Assembly: GCA_963603365.1 (NCBI GenBank)
Contig: CAVCMI010000037.1
Coordinates: 3,552 to 67,551, forward strand
Source: Oscillospiraceae bacterium
GTDB taxonomy: Bacteria; Bacteroidota; Bacteroidia; Bacteroidales; WCHB1-69
Length of the DNA stretch: 64,000 nt
Direction of reading: 5' to 3'
Positions within the stretch are counted from its first letter, which is position 1, and every line of letters begins with the position of its first letter. The position numbers were made by a program, and so were the translations under genes. Positions 19,475-26,838 of this stretch are shown one piece after another. Below the pieces are notes generated by a model, which saw nothing but the letters and a program-made list of their open reading frames with translations, did no database searches and was not told where the DNA came from.

Positions 19475-20214
19475 CAAGGCAGTTCGGACTGGTCGGCAAA
19501 ACATTGTCTCACAGTTTTTCTAAACTTTTTTTTGAAGACAAATTCACGGAAATCGGACTTGACGGTTCATACAGTCTCTTTGAATTGCCGGAAATAGCAT
19601 TAGTGCCTTGTTTTCTTGATGCGCACCCCCAATTAGAGGGTTTTAATGTGACCATACCGTACAAGCAGACGATAGTGCCCTATTTAGACGCACTTTCTGA
19701 CGAGGCGGCAGCAATAGGGGCTGTGAACACGGTATTGGTAGAAAGGAGCGGCACGGCACGAAAACTGGTTGGTTTCAATACGGATGCAGAGGGATTTGCC
19801 GCGTCCCTGCAAGGGCAGCCGATTCCGGCAGCAGCGTTAGTGTTAGGAACCGGCGGCGCAGCGGCAGCCGTGTCGTATGCCTTGAAGCGCATGCTTGTGC
19901 CGCACCGGTTTGTGTCGCGTTCAGAACGCTCGGAACTGCTGACATATCGCCAGTTGTCTGACGAAACCTTGCAGGCGTTTCCCTTTGTCATCAATTGCAC
20001 GCCGCTTGGAACGGCTCACGGTCTGGAAGACAAAATGCCCCCCTTGCCGTACGGCAGCCTTTCTGAAAACAATTTCCTATATGACCTGGTTTACAACCCG
20101 CCAGTCACCCGTTTTTTGCAGGAAGGCAAACATTATGGCGCTCGCATTCAAAACGGCTTGCAGATGTTGCACTTGCAAGCCGATGCCTCGTGGAGGATAT
20201 GGAACGGCCTATAA
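19471..20214 (+). CDS. aroE: Shikimate dehydrogenase
   Basis: 247 aa with GFNVTIPYKQ and LVLGTGGAAAAV (NADP site). An ATGA overlap links it to dedA. Confidence 0.85.
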   Translation: MTRQFGLVGKTLSHSFSKLFFEDKFTEIGLDGSYSLFELPEIALVPCFLDAHPQLEGFNVTIPYKQTIVPYLDALSDEAAAIGAVNTVLVERSGTARKLVGFNTDAEGFAASLQGQPIPAAALVLGTGGAAAAVSYALKRMLVPHRFVSRSERSELLTYRQLSDETLQAFPFVINCTPLGTAHGLEDKMPPLPYGSLSENNFLYDLVYNPPVTRFLQEGKHYGARIQNGLQMLHLQADASWRIWNGL

Positions 20215-20502
20215 GAATACGATGTCTTTGATCACCTGAAATTGGTAGTCTGCGTTAATCTTGTCAATGACCAACTTTTTCTGGGCATTCAGTTCAAATC
20301 GGAGAGCCGCGTTGGTGACCTTGACTTTCAGGATGCCGTTCGTGATGGCGAGACATTTGGTCTTGGGGGCGAAGAAAGCGCCGACATAGTCGGGCCAACG
20401 TTCCAGCACGGTACGTTCTGCAAAAAGCTGCTGTTTGCCCATCGTGCCGATGTACTGTAAAGCCATGTCTTTCAGGAGATGTTCGTTGCGGTCGTTATTC
20501 AT
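20209..20502 (-). CDS. DUF721-like small protein
   Basis: 97 aa. The size and the pattern (WPDYVG ... GILKVKVTNAALRFEL) fit DUF721. It converges on aroE with a 6-nt overlap. Confidence 0.6.
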   Translation of the reverse strand: MNNDRNEHLLKDMALQYIGTMGKQQLFAERTVLERWPDYVGAFFAPKTKCLAITNGILKVKVTNAALRFELNAQKKLVIDKINADYQFQVIKDIVFL

Positions 20503-20510
20503 AGTTGTAA

Positions 20511-22667
20511 TTAGTTTCTTGCCAGTTCAAAGTCCATCTGCTTCTTCATGAGGTCAACGGCTACGACTTTCACCTTGATGCTGTCGCCGAAGCGGAGCGA
20601 GTGTCCGTGGTGCAGTCCCACCAGCGTGTAGTTTTCTTCGTCGATATAGTAAAAGTCGTCGTCAAAACTCCTCATCGGAATCATTCCTTCGCATTTGGAC
20701 TCGGTAAGTTCTGCATAAACGCCCCATTTAGAGATGCCGGAAACGGTAGCGTCGAATACCTGTCCGATCTTGTCTGCCAGATATTCGGCCTGCTTGTACT
20801 TGACGGAGTCTCGTTCTGCCTGCGTGGCCTGTTGTTCCATTTGGGAGCAGTGTTTGCAGTATTCCTCATACTCGTCTTTTTTGACAGGTTCCTTGTGTGC
20901 CAGGTAGCGGTCGAGAAGGCGGTGTACCATAAGGTCGGGGTATCGGCGGATCGGGGATGTGAAATGAGTATAATAGGGGAATGCGAGCCCGTAGTGGCCG
21001 ATGTTGTCGGTAGAGTAGCAGGCACGCGCCATTATACGGATGGAGAGTTTGCTGAGCATGTTATAGTCGGCTTTCCCTTTTTGGTCGGCGAGCATGGCAT
21101 TCAGCGACTTGTTGAAGGCTTTCCTGGAAGTGGTTTTCAGGTCGAACCCAAGTTTCTTGACGAAGTTGCGGAAGGTGGTCAGTTTCTCGTCGAGGGGTTT
21201 GTCGTGGATACGATAGACGAAAGTGTCGGGTTCTTTCTTCAAGGAGCGTCTGCGTCCTACCTTTTCAGCCACTTTCTTGTTGGCGAGCAGCATAAATTCT
21301 TCAATCAACCAGTTGGCTTCTTTCTGCACTTTGAGGTAAACGCCGACAGGGTGCCCGTTTTCGTCGAGGTTGAATTTCACCTCTTCGGTTTCAAAGTTGA
21401 CGGCGTTGTTTTCGAAGCGGCGTTTGCGCAGCAGTTGGGCGAGATTGTTGAGCACGCCGATCTCTCCGGCAAAGTCGCCTTCGCCCGTTTCGATGATTGT
21501 CTGAGCCTCATCGTAATTGAAACGGCGGTTAGAGTGGATGACGGTGTGTCCGAACCATTCTTTGTGGACTTTGGCATCGGAGTCCATGTCAAAAACGGCG
21601 CTGTAGCAGAGTTTGTCTTCATCAGGGCGGAGGGAGCATAGGTTGTTGCAGAGCGTTTCAGGAAGCATCGGGATGGTTCTGTCCACCAGATACACAGAGG
21701 TGCCGCGCAGGTAGGCCTCACGGTCAAGGTCGGTGCCGGGATGCACATAATGTGACACGTCGGCGATGTGTATGCCGATGCGGAACATGCCGTTATCCAG
21801 TTTTTCGAACGAGAGTGCGTCGTCAAAGTCTTTGGCGTCTGACGGGTCGATGGTGAAGGTTACGGCCCCGCGGAAATCGCGGCGGCGTGCAATCTCCTCT
21901 TGGGGGATGTCTGTCGGGATGGCGGCGGCCTCCTCCTCGACATTGTCGGGGAACTTGAGCGGGAAGTCGTTTTCTGCCAGTATCGAGAGCATCTCGACAT
22001 TGTTGTTTCCGGGCTTGCCCAGCACATGCTTCACTTCGCCTAACGGGCTTCGTGTGCCGCTGGGCCAGTCCACAATCTGCACCACCACTTTCTCCCCGTT
22101 GTGGGCTTTCCTCAGAAGGCGGGCGGGTATGATGATGTCGCGCCTGTAATAGGCATTGTCGGGGATGAAATAGGCGATGCCTTTCTTGATGGAGACAATG
22201 CCGACCAGCTGTTTCTTGCTGCGTTCAAGCACCTCCACCACTTGACCCTCAGGGCGTTTTCCTTTGCGGGTGGGGAAAACAGCCACCTTGACGAGGTCGT
22301 TGTTGAGGGCGTTCCCCAAGTTGCCGTCCGCAATGAAAACGTCTTGGGAGAGCGATTCGTCTGTTGTCTCTTCGCTGTCGTTCTGCGGTATGACAAAGGC
22401 CATTCCGCTGCGTTTCATCTCAACGCGTCCGGTCATGAAGTTGCGCCCGGTCTCTTTACGGTTTATCTTCTTGTAATTGAGGCGGTACTTGCCGCGTCCT
22501 GTTTTCAGCAGCAGGTTAGACTCTGTCAGCCTGTCAATCTGTTCCTTGACCTCATCACGGCCTTTTTTGTCATAAATGCCGACTTTGGCGGCAATCTGCT
22601 TGTAGTTGAATTGCTCGTTCTTGCCCGTCAGCAGGGCTTCTATGATTCTCTTGCCTAATTCGTGCAT
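20511..22667 (-). CDS. rnr: Ribonuclease R
   Basis: 718 aa with cold-shock/OB N-domains, an RNB catalytic core (DPSDAKDFDDALS) and a C-terminal S1 domain (GQVFDATVSGISKWGVYAEL). Confidence 0.95.
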   Translation of the reverse strand: MHELGKRIIEALLTGKNEQFNYKQIAAKVGIYDKKGRDEVKEQIDRLTESNLLLKTGRGKYRLNYKKINRKETGRNFMTGRVEMKRSGMAFVIPQNDSEETTDESLSQDVFIADGNLGNALNNDLVKVAVFPTRKGKRPEGQVVEVLERSKKQLVGIVSIKKGIAYFIPDNAYYRRDIIIPARLLRKAHNGEKVVVQIVDWPSGTRSPLGEVKHVLGKPGNNNVEMLSILAENDFPLKFPDNVEEEAAAIPTDIPQEEIARRRDFRGAVTFTIDPSDAKDFDDALSFEKLDNGMFRIGIHIADVSHYVHPGTDLDREAYLRGTSVYLVDRTIPMLPETLCNNLCSLRPDEDKLCYSAVFDMDSDAKVHKEWFGHTVIHSNRRFNYDEAQTIIETGEGDFAGEIGVLNNLAQLLRKRRFENNAVNFETEEVKFNLDENGHPVGVYLKVQKEANWLIEEFMLLANKKVAEKVGRRRSLKKEPDTFVYRIHDKPLDEKLTTFRNFVKKLGFDLKTTSRKAFNKSLNAMLADQKGKADYNMLSKLSIRIMARACYSTDNIGHYGLAFPYYTHFTSPIRRYPDLMVHRLLDRYLAHKEPVKKDEYEEYCKHCSQMEQQATQAERDSVKYKQAEYLADKIGQVFDATVSGISKWGVYAELTESKCEGMIPMRSFDDDFYYIDEENYTLVGLHHGHSLRFGDSIKVKVVAVDLMKKQMDFELARN

Positions 22668-22676
22668 ATTTGGGGG

Positions 22677-23669
22677 TTAATGATTTGACTTGATGTGTGT
22701 TGTTTTGAATTTTCCCTTTTCGTCATAGATAAAATAGGCTTCCAGCCCGGGGGTTTGCCGGATGATTCTTTCCGCTTTGTTCATGCCGAGCACCATAAAG
22801 GCGGTGGCGTAAGCATCTGCTGTCATGCAGTCGGGGGCTATCACGGAGACGCTCAGCAGGTTGGTCTGCTCCGGCCGTCCTGTGGTGGGGTCGAGGATGT
22901 GGGTATAACGTACGCCGTTCTCCTCGAAATAGTTGCGGTAGTTGCCGGATGTGGCTACAGCCTTGTCCTGCAGTTTGAAGTGACGCATGCTTTCCACGGA
23001 GCCGTCTGCCGTTTCGGTGGGTGTCTGGATGCCTACTTTCCAGGCCTTGCCGTGTTTGTTGCCACATGCGACAATCTCCCCGCCAATCTCCACAATGTGG
23101 TCTTTGTATCCGTTGGCTTTCAAGAAATTGGAAACCCGGTCTGCTGCATAACCTTTGGCTATGGCGTTGAAATTGAGTTGGATTCGAGAGTCCGCCTTGA
23201 CGAGGCTGTCGCCTTGCAGGGAGACGAGCCGGTAGCCGGTATGTTGCTTTACCGAGTCAATGGAGGCTTGCGGCACCGTTTCCCGGACGTTGTTTTTTCC
23301 GAACCCCCACAGTTCTACCAGCGGCTGGCAGGTGCAGTCGAACGCGCCGCCGGTCTTTTGGGAGAGATCCAGCGACGTCTGCAGCACGGTGATGAAGTCG
23401 CGGTTGAGTTCGGCCTGTTCCCCGCGGTTAAGGCGATAGAGCAGGGAAGTGGTGTCAAAGATTGAAAAGGTGGCGTTCAGTTCGGCGAGTATGGAGTCCG
23501 TTTGTCGGCGAAGCACAGGGATCTCTTTATTCGGCCCGAAGTAGTAGATATGGTAAAGCGTGCCGAAAGCAGCACCCTCAAAATGCTGTTCAGGTTCTCT
23601 GTTGCATGAACATAACAATGAAAATATCAGCAAGTTAAGAAAGATTATTGAAGCAATGTTCTTTTTCAT
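22677..23669 (-). CDS. apbE: FAD:protein FMN transferase
   Basis: 330 aa lipoprotein (LLCSC) with the AIAKGYAADRV motif. A -7 box (reverse complement TACTTTTG) lies at 23705-23712. Confidence 0.9.
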   Translation of the reverse strand: MKKNIASIIFLNLLIFSLLCSCNREPEQHFEGAAFGTLYHIYYFGPNKEIPVLRRQTDSILAELNATFSIFDTTSLLYRLNRGEQAELNRDFITVLQTSLDLSQKTGGAFDCTCQPLVELWGFGKNNVRETVPQASIDSVKQHTGYRLVSLQGDSLVKADSRIQLNFNAIAKGYAADRVSNFLKANGYKDHIVEIGGEIVACGNKHGKAWKVGIQTPTETADGSVESMRHFKLQDKAVATSGNYRNYFEENGVRYTHILDPTTGRPEQTNLLSVSVIAPDCMTADAYATAFMVLGMNKAERIIRQTPGLEAYFIYDEKGKFKTTHIKSNH

Positions 23670-23796
23670 GTTGTGTCATTGGTATCCGCTGAAAAACGGA
23701 CACGCAAAAGTAATGAAAAACAACGTAGGGCGGACGGGCCTGAAAAGAGGGAACTGCAATGTCACCAAAACTTAACGGGAAACATAAAGGCAAGAG

Positions 23797-23828
23797 CAGA
23801 ATGCCGTAAAACAATTTGCAGCATTCTG
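23797..23828 (-). terminator. Hairpin at the distal end of the defence operon
   Basis: 8-bp stem cagaatgc/gcattctg with a 16-nt loop and T-rich flanks on both strands. It lies 24 nt after the stop at 23852. Confidence 0.45.
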
Positions 23829-23851
23829 TTCCTTTTGTGTCTTAACAGCGG

Positions 23852-24436
23852 CTAAGTCAGCGTTTCCAGTACATCGTCCTCGTCGTAGGCATTGCCGGTG
23901 TCATCGCCTGGAGTGTCGGTAAAGGAGAGGAAAAGTTTCAAGAAAGCGCTTTCCCCGGAGAAGCAATTGGGGTTTTCTTCCATCTTTTCCAGCATAAAGG
24001 AGAACCCGAAATTGGCATACTGCTCCATTTTGTCTATCAGCAGGTCCACGACTTTCCGTTCTGTGATCTCGCCCTTGTCCAGTGCGATGAAGTCGATGTC
24101 GGTGCGGGCGATGAGGGCGGCAAAAAGGTATTCCCGGATTTGCCCGTAGGCAGTGCGCCCGAATCGGTTTTCCTGATTTCCCCAATATTGTATGGGCTGT
24201 CCGCAGACTTTCCGTTTCGCCTTGTCCTCGGTCAGCGGGATGGTCTTGTTGGAATACAGTCCGATGAAGAAGGCCAGGATGAAGACCTCATAGCCTGCCC
24301 CGAAAATCTTTCCCCTCGATTCTTGGTATGGTGTGGAACCGCGCCCGAAGTCGGAAAAAATGTCCATGATGGATTCTTGATAGCGCGTTTCCCATTGTGG
24401 GTTTCTTTTGCCCCAAAGGGTATATAAGGATTCCAT
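23852..24436 (-). CDS. 194-aa protein of unknown function, last gene of the Ssp-like operon (possibly related to dnd-system-associated small proteins)
   Basis: ATG start 2 nt after the upstream stop. One hydrophobic segment (YEVFILAFFIGLY) and an acidic tail (GDDTGNAYDEDDVLETLT). I recognise no catalytic motif. Confidence 0.7.
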   Translation of the reverse strand: MESLYTLWGKRNPQWETRYQESIMDIFSDFGRGSTPYQESRGKIFGAGYEVFILAFFIGLYSNKTIPLTEDKAKRKVCGQPIQYWGNQENRFGRTAYGQIREYLFAALIARTDIDFIALDKGEITERKVVDLLIDKMEQYANFGFSFMLEKMEENPNCFSGESAFLKLFLSFTDTPGDDTGNAYDEDDVLETLT

Positions 24437-24438
24437 AA

Positions 24439-26175
24439 TTATTTTATTTTTTCGATTGTTGTACGTATTGTTGCCATGTTCCGCTCGTCAAAGTCCGGGG
24501 CTTTTTTGAGACGATAGACGCTGCAAGTCAGCGCGTCGATGTCGTTAAGGCGCAGTTGCCCCTTGGTGATGAAGTCTTTGGTTACGATGATGCACTGTTT
24601 CTCGAGTTTGTCGATTACGTTGTAGAACTGTTCTTCTTTGGAGTCACCGAACGAGGAGGTGGCGGCATCGAAGATGAGGGGATAGGCTTCATCTCGCTTT
24701 TGGTTGGTGAAGTCCGAGATGGCAAAAAGCACTGACATATACATTACGGTCTTCTGCGATCCTGAAGGGCTCTTGATTTCGGTTCCATTGGAACTGAAAA
24801 GGTCAATTCTTGTGGATTCGTCAGCGGTTTGCCGCAATCGGATCTCTCCGTGAAAGTCGTTGGCGCTCAGCTTGTCCAGGTATTTGTTGGCGCAATCTTC
24901 CAACTCTCCGAGAAAACGGCGCAGGTTTTCGCTCTTGGCATGCTGAAACGCTTTGGCAATGGCCTCAAGCGTGCGGTGTATCTCCCGGTATACTTTGGCT
25001 TGGCTGCTCTGAGGGTCTAATTGGTCAAATGCCTTCTGCAGATTTGCTCTATCTTCGGAGAGCTTTTTGTGTTCGTGTTGCAGTTCCGCCAGACACAACT
25101 CCGCTCTTTCCTTTTGTTCGAACATCCCTTTGTAGTCTGTAAACTGTTTCTTGAGAAGATCTTCCGGGATGTTCGCCTGAATGAGCAAACGCGCCTTTTC
25201 GTCTTGCATTTCTTGGATTTTCCTTTTTTCTTCTTCGATTTCCTTCCTCAGTTTCGCCTCAAGGTCAAGGCGGTCGGTTATTTCTTCCTTTATGCCGGAT
25301 ATCTCTTTTTCTCTGTTCCCGCTCAGCTGCACGCTGAGATTATGGATCTTTTCAATGTGATTTGTCGTGAACAGTTCCTTCTTTTCCAGTTTTTCCAGTT
25401 CGCTTTCTTTCTCTTTCCGGCTGGCGACTTGTGCTTTGTACTCTTCGAGTTTGTCAACCATAAAGCGGTAGGCTTCCGAATCTTCAGGAGCGGGGCGTCC
25501 GCAGACCTTGCAGACATGGTCGTGGATCATTTCTTCCATGGTTTCCTCGTCAGGCAGATACCAGGGGAGTTTTGTCGCTCCGTTTTCAAACGTCCCGCAA
25601 AGTTCTTTTATGGCTTCGAGTTTCCCTTTCTCCATTGCTTTCTGTTTGATGAAGTCCTCATTCTGCCTGCGTCTCTCTTTGCTGAAAGCCGCGCTCTTTG
25701 CTTTGAATTCTTTCAGGATGGGCGGAAATGCGCAAAGTATCCAGAGTTTGTCAAAAAGTGCCGTGTTCTTGTCCACGGATTTAACAGTGCCCTCTTTCTT
25801 GGCTTTCTTCTCTTTCAGGTTCTCAAGACGGTCGCATACCGCTTTGTACCGTTCTGAGGTCTCTTGATGCTGTTCTATGTCAGCAAGACTGGAGGAGTAT
25901 TTGGAGACGCTTTCCTCTTTCTTGCTTATTTCCTTTTCTTTGTTGTCGATGTCATTGTCCAACTGCTCTATTCTTGATTTCAGCTCCTTGGCCGCTTCTG
26001 CAATTTGTTTGTCAGAGGTGCACTCTTTCACATAGGCCTTGTTTGACTTTTTCTCCATTTCGGAAGAGATGTTCACGAGCTCGTCAAACTTCCGGATGTC
26101 GGAGAACTTTTCGACGAGCTGTTTGAGCGCAGATTTGTCGTTGAAGACATCCAGTGTGGATTCCCCTTTGAACAT
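24439..26175 (-). CDS. SMC/Rad50/DndD-like ATPase, C-terminal 578-aa part (coiled coil, signature motif and Walker B)
   Basis: A long K/E-rich coiled coil with a CxxC hook-like element (HVCKVCGRP). The signature-like motif is SGSQKTVMYMSVLFAI and Walker B is PLIFDAATSSFGD. It is in the same frame as ORF 26185..26601, separated from it only by TAA plus 3 codons. Confidence 0.75.
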   Translation of the reverse strand: MFKGESTLDVFNDKSALKQLVEKFSDIRKFDELVNISSEMEKKSNKAYVKECTSDKQIAEAAKELKSRIEQLDNDIDNKEKEISKKEESVSKYSSSLADIEQHQETSERYKAVCDRLENLKEKKAKKEGTVKSVDKNTALFDKLWILCAFPPILKEFKAKSAAFSKERRRQNEDFIKQKAMEKGKLEAIKELCGTFENGATKLPWYLPDEETMEEMIHDHVCKVCGRPAPEDSEAYRFMVDKLEEYKAQVASRKEKESELEKLEKKELFTTNHIEKIHNLSVQLSGNREKEISGIKEEITDRLDLEAKLRKEIEEEKRKIQEMQDEKARLLIQANIPEDLLKKQFTDYKGMFEQKERAELCLAELQHEHKKLSEDRANLQKAFDQLDPQSSQAKVYREIHRTLEAIAKAFQHAKSENLRRFLGELEDCANKYLDKLSANDFHGEIRLRQTADESTRIDLFSSNGTEIKSPSGSQKTVMYMSVLFAISDFTNQKRDEAYPLIFDAATSSFGDSKEEQFYNVIDKLEKQCIIVTKDFITKGQLRLNDIDALTCSVYRLKKAPDFDERNMATIRTTIEKIK

Positions 26176-26184
26176 GCTGAACCG

Positions 26185-26601
26185 TTAGATGAAGGCATCG
26201 AAGCAGCGGTTGATGAGGTTTTTCCCGTCAACGGTCAGCCGTTCTGCCCCTTGCTCCTCAAAACCCCGGAATGTGGCCGGCTTGGACAAGAATCTGCCCT
26301 CGTGGTTCTTTTCAAAGGTGAACCGTTTTTCAATGAGCTTCTCTCCGTCGTGGTCAAACAGCATGGCCACTTTAACTTCATCGCTCTCACCGAAACTCAT
26401 TTCAGACTTGCGCATCTCTGACACGTTGTCGATGCTGTTGCTGGTGTTGACGACGTCGAACAGCCATTGCAGTGCTTCAAAGAACGTGGTTTTCCCGTCG
26501 CCGTTGTCGCCGATGAGGAGCGTCAGCCCGTTGGAGAACTCAAAACGGTTTTCGCCATAGTAACTGCGGAAGTTTTTGATGGTGATTTCCTTGATTGTCA
26601 T
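26185..26601 (-). CDS. SMC/Rad50/DndD-like ATPase, N-terminal 138-aa part (Walker A head)
   Basis: MTIKEITIKNFRSYYGENRFEFSNGLTLLIGDNGDGKTTFFEALQWLF is a typical AAA_23/SbcC-type N-terminus. It ends at the in-frame TAA (26185-26187). Confidence 0.7.
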   Translation of the reverse strand: MTIKEITIKNFRSYYGENRFEFSNGLTLLIGDNGDGKTTFFEALQWLFDVVNTSNSIDNVSEMRKSEMSFGESDEVKVAMLFDHDGEKLIEKRFTFEKNHEGRFLSKPATFRGFEEQGAERLTVDGKNLINRCFDAFI

Positions 26602-26605
26602 AGGT

Positions 26606-26836
26606 TCATACGTTTTTGTTTAAATAGTCGGTTATCTCTTTGTATATTTCTTTTTCCGTGGCGCCTTCTGAAGCGCGCTTGATAATTTGCGCCACGGTGC
26701 AGATTACGGTGTTGTCTGAACACAGGGCCAGAAGCAGAGGGGGAATTTCAGCGCAACTGTATTTCCCGAACGCCATGAGTTCAGGATTGCTCAGCACGGC
26801 TTCAAGCATTTTGTCGTTGTTTGTTTGATAGGCCAT
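26606..26836 (-). CDS. 76-aa protein of unknown function within the defence operon
   Basis: ATG start 2 nt after the upstream stop, and its own stop lies 4 nt before the next ATG. The sequence is helical and non-repetitive. I recognise no family. Confidence 0.55.
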   Translation of the reverse strand: MAYQTNNDKMLEAVLSNPELMAFGKYSCAEIPPLLLALCSDNTVICTVAQIIKRASEGATEKEIYKEITDYLNKNV

Positions 26837-26838
26837 AG

